Assembly: GCF_030915385.1 (NCBI RefSeq)
Contig: NZ_CP133268.1
Span: 2,097,430 to 2,161,429 of the forward strand
Length of the DNA stretch: 64,000 bases
Reading direction: 5' to 3'
Source of the DNA: Neobacillus sp. PS3-12
GTDB taxonomy: Bacteria; Bacillota; Bacilli; Bacillales; Cytobacillaceae
The first letter of the stretch is position 1. Each line of letters begins with the position of its first letter. Below the pieces are notes generated by a model that saw only the letters and a list, made by a program, of their open reading frames with translations, searched no databases and had not been told where the DNA came from. Below, one piece after another: positions 38,145-48,653 of this stretch. The position numbers and the translations under genes are program-made.

Positions 38145-39306
38145 ACTTGCTCCTTAGTATGGAAGCCGCTTCTGTTAATGCGCCTATTTTTCCAGAGATA
38201 TTTTCAAGGATGTTCACTGGGCTATTTGCGAAGGTGGCAAAACCGCAGTCAGGATTGAGCCATAATTTTTCCTTTGGAAGATACGACAGGGCCTCCTCAA
38301 CTCTTGAAAGGATGGAGTCCACCTTCTCCATTTCATCCGTACGTGGATTGATTACTCCTAAGCCAAGTGCTGTATGGTCTGATATCCTTAATGAACTTAG
38401 CTCCCCTGCCCTTGGCGTTGAGAATTCAAGTGTTAAAAGGTTCGGATTCACACTAGAAAATAACTCAAGCAGCGGCGTATAGGGGCCTGTCAATAATATA
38501 CTTTCATCCTTGCTCCAGTTTCCTCTGCAGACATGAAGCGAAGCAACCGTCTTTTTCCTATCGATATGCTCCATAATCTGCCCAATCAACGAACTGGCAA
38601 ATTCGAGTTCTTCTTTAGGATCCTTTCTCTCGGAAAGAGCGGCGCACATAAAGGACCGTGGCTTTCCCTCTGTAAAAACAACCTCGGTCAGAACGGGTTC
38701 ATCAAATTGAATCACATCCACCCCAATGCTCATAAGATGGTCGATCTCATCCTTCATGATTTTGATGACATCATGCCCAAGTTCTTCCTTACTCCCATAA
38801 GCTTTACCAGAGAGATTGGGAAGCCACATCGATCTGGTCAAAAGATAGGGACCCGGCATGGTGATTTTAACGGGCTTGTTGGTGAACTTTTTCATCATCA
38901 ATAGCTCATTTGCGACAATATCACCATTGTAGGTCAACTTATCCACACAAATGGCATTTTTAATACTGACGGCCGGAACATCAAGCGCAGTCAAAATGTT
39001 CTCAAAAGCCTGTTTATCATCAATATAATCAAGCATTTCACTCATGCTCATCATGCGCACACCGCCAATTCTATCGGAGACGAAGGACACATAGTTATCC
39101 CGTCCGAGTTCTCCGCTTGTGATGATATCTATCCCTAGATTCTCCTGGAGCTTAATGACCTTTTGCGTTTCACTCTCAATAAGCTTGTTGAAGTCGCTTA
39201 GTTCCATCGTTCCTCTTCTAATCATTCTGAGGGCCTTGAGAACCTCTTTTGATCTTGGCATGCTTCCTATTAAGGAAGTGGGAAAAAGCGGTAATGAGGT
39301 TTTCAT
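38137..39306 (-). CDS. cobalamin-independent methionine synthase C-terminal-domain family protein (MetE-like, YxjG/YxjH-type)
   Basis: about 390 aa; UROD/MetE_C-like; 'LWLNPDCGF' near the C-terminus. Confidence 0.75.
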   Translation of the reverse strand: MKTSLPLFPTSLIGSMPRSKEVLKALRMIRRGTMELSDFNKLIESETQKVIKLQENLGIDIITSGELGRDNYVSFVSDRIGGVRMMSMSEMLDYIDDKQAFENILTALDVPAVSIKNAICVDKLTYNGDIVANELLMMKKFTNKPVKITMPGPYLLTRSMWLPNLSGKAYGSKEELGHDVIKIMKDEIDHLMSIGVDVIQFDEPVLTEVVFTEGKPRSFMCAALSERKDPKEELEFASSLIGQIMEHIDRKKTVASLHVCRGNWSKDESILLTGPYTPLLELFSSVNPNLLTLEFSTPRAGELSSLRISDHTALGLGVINPRTDEMEKVDSILSRVEEALSYLPKEKLWLNPDCGFATFANSPVNILENISGKIGALTEAASILRSKYE

Positions 39307-39439
39307 GTTTGTCATCTCCCAAAGGTTAGGCTGTGTGAAATTTGCTTGTTGATTGGAGTGGAAGGACCGCTTCCACGGGTGTGCCGAGGGGGGGGCCGCT
39401 TCAATCTATGGACTACCTTCTGAGCTGTTCTTTCTTCTT

Positions 39440-39672
39440 CTCGGTCGTCAATAAATTTTATTGGCTACCGTGACGCCTGTTTTTTTGGCATTCTCGGTCG
39501 TCTATTAGCCCTATTGGCTACCGTGAAGCCTACTTTTCCACCATCTCGGTCGTCAATTAGCTCTATTGGCTACCGTGAAGCCTATTTTTTCCGCCTCCTC
39601 GGTCGTCTATAAGCTCTATTGGCTACCGTGAAGCCTATTTTTTCCGCCTCCTCGGTCGTCAATAAGTTTGTG
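39440..39672. repeat. tandem about 60-bp repeat, about 4.5 copies (ctcggtcgtcaattagctctattggctaccgtgaagcctattttttccgcctc)
   Basis: direct repetition. Confidence 0.75.
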
Positions 39673-39748
39673 AAAAAATCAACAATGTCCTTTAATAAAG
39701 CCAAAGAGAAGCATGGAAAAAACCACGCTTCTCTACTTAATTGCCCCC

Positions 39749-40573
39749 TTAGAATAAACTAGTCTTATGAAAAAATCTCAAATATTCATTAGCCTCACGC
39801 AACTGCTGAAATCCTGTGATTCTACCATCCACCCATTCCTTCAAACCTTCCATATCCATCATCTTTTTATGGGACTCATTGGTATAATCCATTCTATGAA
39901 GCACTTTCTGCCATTCTCTGAATCTTTCAGTTGAAAAATCAGAATGAGCCACGAAAATACAGTGGTCAAAAGAGTCCGTTGTATCGATGCATACCAATTG
40001 ATTTTCATCAATGGTGCCATCCTTCTTCCAAGCGTCCCAGTTCAAATCCAGCGTGACAGAGGCATCTACCGTTCCCGCCATTAATGCCCGAATGGCATCC
40101 AGCTCTCCCCCGATGTGGTCTCCATGGAGGCCGACGCCAATATCAAATCTTTTCTCCTTGTAATCCCCACCGTACTCAAGTCCATTTTTATGCAAATGGT
40201 TGATAGGGATCAATCTTGCTTGAGGAGAGTCGATCGCTCCAAAGCCAATCGTCTTGCCCCTTAGCCCCTCGAGACCCTTGATACCGCTATTTTTTCTTAC
40301 AATGAAGCAGGTCTTTCTGTCTCTGTCCGTATCTCTCATGGAACCCATCTGGCATTTTCCATCAGTTCGCAAATAAGCGTCCAGCCAGGCCAGAGGCGAA
40401 TTCCAAGCGATGTCAATTTCCCTATTCATTAAACCATCAACCTGTCGTTCATAATCCTTATAGAAGGTACATTCAATTTCGAGCCCTTCTTTTTTAAAAA
40501 AATCAGCGATGATCCCCCAGATTACCGTAACCTTTGGATCATAAATAACAGCTCCCACTTTAATTCTACTCAT
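39749..40573 (-). CDS. PhnD/SsuA/transferrin-family substrate-binding-like protein lacking a signal peptide
   Basis: PF12974-like pattern; N-terminus MSRIKVGAVIYDP is not a secretion signal. Confidence 0.5.
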   Translation of the reverse strand: MSRIKVGAVIYDPKVTVIWGIIADFFKKEGLEIECTFYKDYERQVDGLMNREIDIAWNSPLAWLDAYLRTDGKCQMGSMRDTDRDRKTCFIVRKNSGIKGLEGLRGKTIGFGAIDSPQARLIPINHLHKNGLEYGGDYKEKRFDIGVGLHGDHIGGELDAIRALMAGTVDASVTLDLNWDAWKKDGTIDENQLVCIDTTDSFDHCIFVAHSDFSTERFREWQKVLHRMDYTNESHKKMMDMEGLKEWVDGRITGFQQLREANEYLRFFHKTSLF

Positions 40574-40588
40574 TGAACTCCCTCCTTT

Positions 40589-41716
40589 TTATGGAATCAT
40601 TTGACCTGTTAATGCTTTTCCAAGCCAAACAGCCAAAACGTCGGCACTCGGAGCCATAATTTGACCTGCATAGGCATCTCGCAAAAGCCTTTCCGTAGGA
40701 AGGGACTTATTGTAAGCTTTCCCGCCGCCAACTCTCATCGCCAGCCTTCCACATTCGATTGCTGCTTCTGAGGCAACGATCCTTGCCGTTAAAATTTTTG
40801 CAAGGGCATCCGCTTCGCCGTTCGCACCTGCTCTCGCAGCTTCCAAAGTGATCGCTCTAGCGGCTGCCGCATGTTTATAGATATTTCCAATATGCACCTG
40901 GATGGTTTCAATATTCGCCAAGGTAGTTCCATCAGGATATTGCCGGTCCACAGCATGGTTGCTGGCAACTTCAAACATATGCATGGCTGTACCGCTGTAA
41001 ACGGCTCCCAGCCCTGTGACGAAGAATGGAGCGACCACGTTGAATACCTGCTCTTGGCCCGAGCCTTCTACGCCAATGCGGAAAGATGAATCCAAAGTGA
41101 CATGATCAATATGCATTGGACCTGACGAATTCCCCCTCATTCCCAGGCCATTCCATTTAGACATGTCGAAGGATAGACCTCTTGTTTCCAGCGGGAATAC
41201 CCAATTGTTTATTTTTCCTTCTTCAACAGATGGTGCCAGAACAAGATAGTAGGAAGCATAGGTGGCGGATGTTACCATGCTCTTTGTTCCAGTAAAAGTT
41301 GTGTAGTCCCCGTTCACCTTAGCTGTCATTTCGGGAATATAAAAGTGGGTTCCACTACCGAATTCGCTGTAGGCTAACGCCAGGAATTTCCCATCCTCTA
41401 TAACATCTGTAAAAATCCTCCGCTTAAGTTCGTCACTTCCATGGGTTTGAATGCACATCAATGCAACGTTGTGCATCATATAGCAAAGAGCTGTTGTGGA
41501 GCAGGCCTCCGCAAATGCCAGACAAGCCTGGGCATGCTCTTCAAGACCTTTGCCAAGTCCACCATATTCTTTAGGAATCAAGAGTTTTAAAAAGCCCTTT
41601 TCACCCAGCTTCTTGAAGGATTCTTCAGGAAATCTCGACTCCTTATCAGTCATTTCAGTGAAAGGCAGTATGTAGGACTTCGCAAAATCCTTGCCCTCTT
41701 GATAAACATTGTTCAA
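40589..41716 (-). CDS. acyl-CoA dehydrogenase family protein (possibly SfnB/DszC-like monooxygenase type)
   Basis: ACAD N-, middle- and C-terminal domain pattern; 375 aa. Confidence 0.75.
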   Translation of the reverse strand: MNNVYQEGKDFAKSYILPFTEMTDKESRFPEESFKKLGEKGFLKLLIPKEYGGLGKGLEEHAQACLAFAEACSTTALCYMMHNVALMCIQTHGSDELKRRIFTDVIEDGKFLALAYSEFGSGTHFYIPEMTAKVNGDYTTFTGTKSMVTSATYASYYLVLAPSVEEGKINNWVFPLETRGLSFDMSKWNGLGMRGNSSGPMHIDHVTLDSSFRIGVEGSGQEQVFNVVAPFFVTGLGAVYSGTAMHMFEVASNHAVDRQYPDGTTLANIETIQVHIGNIYKHAAAARAITLEAARAGANGEADALAKILTARIVASEAAIECGRLAMRVGGGKAYNKSLPTERLLRDAYAGQIMAPSADVLAVWLGKALTGQMIP

Positions 41717-41825
41717 AATATGCGCCTCCTTGTATTAGCTTTTTTTATACTTCCTATAAAAATCTATTATGCTAATTTGATATTATGTGTACTGGCGGAT
41801 TATTTTTTAAAAATACAGGCCAAAA

Positions 41826-41862
41826 GAAAAGGAAGCCCGTAACTTACTCGGGCTTCCCAGTG
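41826..41862 (-). terminator. rho-independent terminator (ggaagcccgagtaagttacgggcttcc plus T-run) after the kinase gene
   Basis: 9-bp GC stem followed by ttttctttt. Confidence 0.55.
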
Positions 41863-42138
41863 AAAAATATTAAACTGATAGGTTTCGTCAGATTTTACCT
41901 TACCGCTTTTATGTTGAATTTCCTGCAGTTCCACTCATCCGTTCAGATTTACCCATGCACTACTGAAGTCCGCCGCAAGAAAAGGGGAATATATATGAAC
42001 ATACGGAAATGAACGGTCATCATTAAATGAAGAACTGAAAAAAATGGTTATTTTCACAAAGAGTGGCCAGTCTATACAAGCGCGCTATATTATTTTTGCA
42101 GCGGGTTATAAAGGAAGGCCCTATAGACTAAACATCTA

Positions 42139-43344
42139 CTAATCTTTGGCAAAATCCAGAGCGTAACTTGCACCAGCATCTAAAGGAAGACTAATAGTAA
42201 ATATAGATCCATATTTCGGAGTACTACTCACCTCAATCGTTCCCCCATGGTCCTGAATAATTTTCTGACATATGGGTAGCCCCAGACCCGTTCCTTCAGA
42301 TTTCGTTGTAAAGAAGGGATTAAAGATTTTTTTCAAGTCTGCGCCTTCTATACCCACACCCGTATCGCGAACCTCACAAACTGCTAAGTTCCCCACTTTG
42401 AACAATCGAATCGTAATATGTCCACTTTCAACCATAGACTGAATGGCATTGTTAATTAAATTTACAAAAACCTGTACCATTTTATTGAAGTCCATTTTCA
42501 CCAAAAGATCAGGATTATACTCCGTGTATACGATTTGATGTCCTAAACAGTGGGCTTCGGATTTGGTTAAGGAAATGACTCTCTTTAAACACTCGTGGAT
42601 GGAATACGCTTGGTATTGAGTGACATCTGGTTTTGAAAATTGTAGGAATTCAACCGTTAATTTATTCATCCTGCTCACTTCACTAAAGATTAAATCATAC
42701 CAAGGCTGTATATTATAATTAGCCTCTTTGGAATATTGCAGAAACCCTTGAATGATCGTCAACGGGTTTCTAATTTCATGGGCAAGTCCAGCAGCCATTT
42801 CTGCTATTAGCTTCCCTTTTTCCTCTTTGTGCTGTATTTCTTCACGTTTCTTCTCTTCAATAAGGGTATTTTTTTTCGTCTCCATTTCAATAATGTACTG
42901 AATGATCAGTACTACAGCTATTGAAGTTAAGAAGTCCGATCCAACCCCAAATATGCTATAGGAATTTACAGGGGAATACGTAGCTCGAATAGCGGTGTAA
43001 AAAATCATGAAAACAAAACCAAGAAAAATCCCCTTGACGGCTCCCTTGACTTGGAATAAAAATTTACTAAGTAAAATGATATAGATGGAGTAACACCAAT
43101 TCAGTTGGCTGGTGAAATGAAACAATAGTAACGAAATGATTTCACTAGATGCGATTAACAAAAATAAGCGGGTATAAATTCTTTCCAAAAAAATGCTGGT
43201 TATAAAAAGAAGGCCAATTACAATCATAAAAAAAGTATTTTGAGTCTTCTCTAACGAAATCGAGGCAAAAATGACAAATACTACATAAATAGGCAAGACA
43301 ATATAATACATTAAGCGATAAAACATTATTTCTCTCCATTTCAT
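42139..43344 (-). CDS. membrane-embedded sensor histidine kinase (orphan, KinB-like)
   Basis: 6 TM segments; 'AHEIRNPLTIIQGF' H-box; HATPase_c. Confidence 0.8.
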   Translation of the reverse strand: MKWREIMFYRLMYYIVLPIYVVFVIFASISLEKTQNTFFMIVIGLLFITSIFLERIYTRLFLLIASSEIISLLLFHFTSQLNWCYSIYIILLSKFLFQVKGAVKGIFLGFVFMIFYTAIRATYSPVNSYSIFGVGSDFLTSIAVVLIIQYIIEMETKKNTLIEEKKREEIQHKEEKGKLIAEMAAGLAHEIRNPLTIIQGFLQYSKEANYNIQPWYDLIFSEVSRMNKLTVEFLQFSKPDVTQYQAYSIHECLKRVISLTKSEAHCLGHQIVYTEYNPDLLVKMDFNKMVQVFVNLINNAIQSMVESGHITIRLFKVGNLAVCEVRDTGVGIEGADLKKIFNPFFTTKSEGTGLGLPICQKIIQDHGGTIEVSSTPKYGSIFTISLPLDAGASYALDFAKD

Positions 43345-43786
43345 CTTTCATGGTAATCCAAGTAATTATACACAAATTTCTGCTTAAACTATTAGTTAAA
43401 GTTTACCTTAAAATAAGGAAAGCGCCTACCCGAATATACCATGTCTTTTTTCGATGTCTGACTACAAGTTAATAATTTGTTAAGGTTAATGGGGTATGAT
43501 ACTAGCATGGAAAATGAAACTTTTTCATTGACCCCCTTTAATAATATTAATCTTTAGCCTTCGAAAATTTTTCGAGGGTAATTTTTTGTCTAGGTGTACT
43601 TCTCACAGTCAAAAAGGAAAATCGTTTCTTATCTAGAAAGTAATTATAGAGGGATTAATTCATGTAGTTCGTTACATTCTTATCCTGACCATTGTCCGTT
43701 TCTACTACGGGCGATGTGATTGATGTAACTGGAGGAATATGGAACGCTGTTCAGTATTAAAAGGTTTGTGATAAGGAGAAAATGCG

Positions 43787-44584
43787 ATGTCTGAAGGAAG
43801 TAAAGTGGTTAGTTTCGTTGAAAATCCAAATATTAAAATTGAGGTTTTGGAGTATCAAAATTTAGGCGGGAATGATAATTTTTCTGTTGCAGAAAAGTTA
43901 TTTTTTGCTCAAAGGTCAAACATAAAATTAAGACAAGTAAGAATCACACTTAACAACAGCTCCCTTACCGCTGAATCCGGTGCCTTGCAGTTTATGAAAG
44001 GGAATATTGCATTAAAAAGTTTAGGAGGAAATGGGGCAAAGGGTTTTTTCAAAGGAATTGCCTCTAGTGTGCTAGCAAATGAATCCATGATTAAGCCACA
44101 ATACCAAGGCACCGGGATCATTTACTTGGAACCAAGTTTCAAACACTATATGATCGTTGAACTAAATAATGAAGAAATCATTGCGGATAAAGGACTTTTT
44201 TACTGCTGTGAATCAAGTGTTTCTGTTTCTGTTCAGGCAATGAAAAACATTTCCTCTGCTATTGCAGGTGGAGAAGGATTATTTCAAACAAAAGTATCTG
44301 GAAGCGGTTTTTGCGTATTTGAAATTCCTGTTCCGGAAGAAGAACTTGTGGAGTTTGAACTTCAAAATGAAATGGTTCAAGTAGACGGGAATTTCACCCT
44401 TTTCCGACTCGGAAACATTGACTTTACAGTTGAGAAATCAACAAAAAGCATCTTCGGTTCTGTTGCATCCGGCGAAGGTCTACTTCAAACATTTAGAGGT
44501 ACGGGGAAAGTCATTATCGCCCCAACATTGCCTGTTTATGAAAAGTTAGGTCATATCCTAAGCCCAACGCCACCATCAAAATAA
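43787..44584 (+). CDS. AIM24 family (DUF124/TIGR00266) protein
   Basis: 'GGEGLFQTKVSGSGFCVFE' repeat pattern. Confidence 0.65.
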   Translation: MSEGSKVVSFVENPNIKIEVLEYQNLGGNDNFSVAEKLFFAQRSNIKLRQVRITLNNSSLTAESGALQFMKGNIALKSLGGNGAKGFFKGIASSVLANESMIKPQYQGTGIIYLEPSFKHYMIVELNNEEIIADKGLFYCCESSVSVSVQAMKNISSAIAGGEGLFQTKVSGSGFCVFEIPVPEEELVEFELQNEMVQVDGNFTLFRLGNIDFTVEKSTKSIFGSVASGEGLLQTFRGTGKVIIAPTLPVYEKLGHILSPTPPSK

Positions 44585-44865
44585 AATGTAAAATTAAAAT
44601 GGGGTCTGTCCCCCATTACGATAGAGTAACGGGGGACAGACCCTTGAACGCTAGTGCCCACCCCGCCGCTCAATCGTCAAAGGATTATCACATAACCACT
44701 GACTATAAACATGACGTACGGATAAGAATGAATATCTCGCGGATATATGGCTTATCAGCAGAAAGAATCTATGGATTTTAAATTGGTGCCTGACACTCAA
44801 ACTAATGTTGTTACTATTGATGGATATGGCATAAAACTCCACTTCCCATGCAACTTAGATTTATG

Positions 44866-45491
44866 TCAACTAAATACCTTCTTAGCTGTCTTCCCAATGG
44901 TATTAGTCCCTATTCCATCAACAGCCCCTCCAATTACTCCACCTATTAGAGGAACAGCCTTTCCTAAATTTACAATGCCCTTTTGTCCAAATTTCGTTAC
45001 AAGTTTAACTCCTACTGCTTTATTAATCGCCTTTATTACCTCTCCAGGTATTTTTTTTATAACTTGTATAGCTAGTGAAGTCCCTAATTTAATGCCAGCT
45101 TGTTTTAATATGTCTGAAGCAGCCTGTCCAGTCAAACACACAAATACGAAGGTTTTAACTTGATCATCTTTTAAATCATAGCCTCTCATGTTGGCAATAG
45201 TAGCTATCATTCTAATTTGAACGTACATAACAGATGCAACATTTGCCGGAATAGCCACAGGTAATGTAATTAAACCACCTAATACTGTTAGAAAACCACT
45301 TGTTATACCTTTAGCATTTTGCCATCGTATTAAGCTATCAATGGCTTTTCCTCAACAGAAGAATGCTTACTTAAATAGTTTTCCGCTAACTTTGCTGCTG
45401 TATCAGTCCCAGGTAATCCATTAACTGCCTTTTCGTAAGCCCAATCCAATACTTGAGTCATTTTACTTTCGGTTAAACTATTGGTTGACAA
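44866..45491 (-). pseudogene. EcsC family protein, frameshift at T-run about 45346-45349 (likely 1-nt deletion)
   Basis: upstream frame (TTG 45491, AGGGGAG RBS) ...LSKHSSVEEK joins AIDSLIRWQNAKGITSGFLTVLGGLITLPVAIPANVASVM... if one A is added. Confidence 0.65.
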
Positions 45492-45756
45492 GATAATCTC
45501 CCCTAAGATGAAATTAATAGGTTATTTGAAAAATATGAGTAATATATACTATAATTTTACCACTAACGATAAATATCCCAATCATTTTCCACGAATTTAT
45601 CCGACCTAATTCCTATAAATTGGCAATGGAGGATAAAGGATCAATTACTTTCAGTCTTTTCAACAAATAATCCGAACAATTACACCGACACGAGGGGCGA
45701 GGGCCGATGCCCTTAGTAGGTGATGAAGACAGGTTGTATTTTGCCTGGTAGCGATA

Positions 45757-46287
45757 TTTATGTTGCCTGCCGCGAATCTTTCAGTTTTTTATAATAAATA
45801 ATAGTAGCATCCAATTTTCCATTTTGAGATTTTGCATAGTCAGGGATCCGTCGGCCTGGATGTAGCCTAATGAGGTATAAAGGGAATTGGAAGGGTCCCC
45901 TTCTCTTGTATCAAGAAGCAGCAGTGACCTGCCCTCGAGGACCGCTTGCTCCTCCACCTTTTGCATGAGGGATCTACCAATCCCCTTTTTTCGGTGTAGT
46001 GGATGCGTCATTAATTTGGCGATTTCAGCTCGATGAATTCCATTTTCTTTTGTGCATAAATGCAACTGGACACTACCTACTAGTTTGTTGTTGAGCCTGG
46101 CAGCAAATAGAATCACTTCTTGTTTTAGTATGTTTCCCCAGTATTTTTTAGCCTCTGAAAGGTCCAATGGAGGTAAAAATCCAATCGATGCACCGTCCTC
46201 TACTACCTGTTTGAGCAGTTCTGAAAATTCATCCAGATGTTCATCTATTTTGTATATTTGTTCGATTTGCACTTCATCCGCCATCAC
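45757..46287 (-). pseudogene. GNAT family N-acetyltransferase, frameshift about 45848-45856 (likely 1-nt deletion)
   Basis: alternative frame restores the typical GNAT C-terminus ...IPDYAKSQNGKLDATIIYYKKL. Confidence 0.65.
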
Positions 46288-46319
46288 AATCCCCCCCCCA
46301 TTTATTTTTTAATATCTAT

Positions 46320-46694
46320 TTATTCCTCCATCTCTTTATAGTAATCAATCTTTTTTTCAATCTCCGACAAGTTATCCTTCAACGCTTTAATTTCTTCAAG
46401 GACTTTATGTTGATGCACTTCTAATAATTCTCGTCTTGCGCTTATTGTGGATTCACCTTGACTGCGCAGGTCGGAAAATCGTTTCATGTCTGTGACCGAC
46501 ATCCCTGTTACCCTTAGACGGATTAAAAAATGGATCCAGGAAATATCAGCTTCCGAAAACTGGCGATAGCCATTTTTATCTCGGTTTACCTCATTAAGTA
46601 AGCCAACTTTTTCGTAATAACGCAAGGTGTGCACGGTTAGCCCTGTCATCTTTGAAATTTGCTGAATAGTAAATATATTTTCCATAAAATTCAT
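46320..46694 (-). CDS. MerR family transcriptional regulator
   Basis: 'FTIQQISKMTGLTVHTLRYYEKVGLL' HTH; coiled-coil dimerisation region. Confidence 0.8.
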   Translation of the reverse strand: MNFMENIFTIQQISKMTGLTVHTLRYYEKVGLLNEVNRDKNGYRQFSEADISWIHFLIRLRVTGMSVTDMKRFSDLRSQGESTISARRELLEVHQHKVLEEIKALKDNLSEIEKKIDYYKEMEE

Positions 46695-46776
46695 TATATC
46701 ACAAAAAATGGGGTTGCTTTCGAGTGCACTCTAAAGTGTAGCATTGGTTCAAGATCATTTTTAGGAGGTAGATGAG

Positions 46777-46902
46777 ATGAGTAACGAACGTTACCAGCGT
46801 GGTTGGGAAAAACTTATGGAAGTAGATGGTGAAGGCGGTCAGCTTGTAGCAAAGGGAATTTTTGAAGAGCGTAAACTGATTTTGGGGAGAGATCTTGATT
46901 AG
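46777..46902 (+). pseudogene. truncated carboxymuconolactone decarboxylase (CMD/AhpD-like) gene fragment, 41 aa
   Basis: 'MSNERYQRGWEKLMEVDGEGGQLV' is a typical CMD N-terminus; a stop follows after 41 codons, then a terminator hairpin. Confidence 0.45.
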
Positions 46903-47111
46903 GTGAGAGTAGCTCTGATCATGTGGAAAAAGTTTCATCACTATAAGAAAGAGGCCTGGTTTCTGCCAGCCTCTTTCTTATAGTCAGCTATATGATTCTT
47001 CTCGAACTCGTTCACTTTTTCGGAGAACAGGCAGAATACACTACTTATTCTACCCGTGCCCATTCATTTTTCCAGAGAACGGGAAGAATCGCAATTCTCC
47101 TGCAATGACAC

Positions 47112-47786
47112 TCACAACCTATTAAATTGCGAAAACCGTTTTTCCACTTGCTCTGTGATCATGGAAATGAGTATACAAATCCCCCAGTAAATGAGAGCCG
47201 CTAATAAATATAAGGTAATAGAGTCATAGGTTCTTCCTGCAACAATCTGCGCATTATACAGGACCTCTGGAACAGAAATGACAGCTGCTAATGATGAAGC
47301 TTTCACCAGATCTAAAAAAATATTTAATAAGGGAGGAATGGCAATCCTTGCTGCTTGCGGAATGATGATTCGATATAGATTCTGCCAATAGGTTAACCCG
47401 ATCGCATAGCCTGCATCCCATTGGCCTTTCGAAATACTATTCAGTGATGCTCGCTGGACCTCAGCAATATAAGCCGCACTATTAATACTAAAGCCAATCA
47501 TGGCTGATGTTAAGGCCGATAGTTGGATTCCAATAACAGGTAATCCAAAATATAAAATAAAAAGTAATGCAAGCATAGGGATTCCCCGCATAAACGAAAT
47601 ATACAGCCTTGCAGGCCATCTTAGGAATTTAGCTGAAGAACTGCGGGCAAGACAAAGGAAAAAACCAATAATTAATCCTGCCCCCATGCTTACGATTGAA
47701 ATGAATAAGGTATAGCCAATGCCCCGAATCACAAACGGGAAGCTATCAATGGCTAGATGTAGGTTAAAGAAATGTTTCCAATCCAA
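47112..47786 (-). CDS. polar amino acid ABC transporter permease (TcyB/YckA-like)
   Basis: EAA-loop permease pattern; 224 aa. Confidence 0.85.
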   Translation of the reverse strand: MDWKHFFNLHLAIDSFPFVIRGIGYTLFISIVSMGAGLIIGFFLCLARSSSAKFLRWPARLYISFMRGIPMLALLFILYFGLPVIGIQLSALTSAMIGFSINSAAYIAEVQRASLNSISKGQWDAGYAIGLTYWQNLYRIIIPQAARIAIPPLLNIFLDLVKASSLAAVISVPEVLYNAQIVAGRTYDSITLYLLAALIYWGICILISMITEQVEKRFSQFNRL

Positions 47787-47804
47787 GGTTCGATCACCTT
47801 TTGC

Positions 47805-48653
47805 TTATTTTACATTCACATTGACAAACTTCACATTCGGTTTTTTAGTTACATCCATGCCTACAAAGAACTCTTTAGAAAGTTTCGACAGTGTACCATC
47901 TTTTTTCATCTCATCAAGAGCACTATTAACTTTACTGATTAGTTCATTATTCCCCTTCTTTGTGACAAGGGCTGAATAGCTTGGCATATAAAATAGATTT
48001 GGATTAATTTCTAAGTTGAACTGCGGCATCATTTTTACAGCAATGGATTGTAAATAATAGTCATTTAAAATAACATCTGTACGGCCTAGTGCAACATCAC
48101 GAAGATAAACATCATTTGCGACATTACCGTAAGTCACAATTTGAGCTCCATTTTGTTTCGCAATTTCGCTAAAAATAGAGGTTGCTGCCCCAGCTGCCTT
48201 TTTCCCTTTTAAATCTGCAAAACTATGAATTCCAGACTGGTCCGCTTTCCTCACAAGCATCGAGCCAAAAGAAAATTTATAGGGTTTACTAAAATCAAAA
48301 GATTTCTCTCTTTCCTTCGTCACACCAATGTCATTGGCAGCAAGATCGACCATACCGGATTCAAGGCTTGGAAGCATACCATCAAAACCCATTTCTTTAA
48401 ATTGAACCTTCAGATGTAATCGTTTTGCCACCTCTTTTGCGACCTCTACATCATACCCTGTTAAGTTATTGGTTTTATCTTCATGATAGGAAGTTGGATA
48501 TAATGTACCTGAAGTAGCGACCACAAGTGTGCCTTTATTTTTAATTTTGTCCCAGGCGGTTGTTGTCTTTTTTTTCGTTGTTGTTTGACCGCATCCTGCC
48601 AGGGCCACGAGTAATATGAAACTTAAAAGATAAATGAAACCATATTTTTTCAT
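47805..48653 (-). CDS. polar amino acid ABC transporter substrate-binding lipoprotein (TcyA/YckB-like)
   Basis: 'LAGCGQ' lipobox; SBP_bac_3 pattern; AGGAG RBS before ATG 48653. Confidence 0.85.
   Translation of the reverse strand: MKKYGFIYLLSFILLVALAGCGQTTTKKKTTTAWDKIKNKGTLVVATSGTLYPTSYHEDKTNNLTGYDVEVAKEVAKRLHLKVQFKEMGFDGMLPSLESGMVDLAANDIGVTKEREKSFDFSKPYKFSFGSMLVRKADQSGIHSFADLKGKKAAGAATSIFSEIAKQNGAQIVTYGNVANDVYLRDVALGRTDVILNDYYLQSIAVKMMPQFNLEINPNLFYMPSYSALVTKKGNNELISKVNSALDEMKKDGTLSKLSKEFFVGMDVTKKPNVKFVNVNVK

Noticed and set aside
39307-39748. Looked for an S-box (SAM-I) or T-box leader upstream of the MetE-like gene
   Set aside because: I could not find the conserved S-box or T-box blocks. 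The region is dominated by the 60-bp tandem repeat and a simple hairpin. Left unannotated.
41717-42138. Possible riboswitch/attenuator upstream of the acyl-CoA-dehydrogenase-like gene; + strand ORF 41785-42012
   Set aside because: The only clear structure is a hairpin plus T-run. This is best explained as the terminator of the upstream kinase gene. The 75-aa + ORF has no RBS and no homology.
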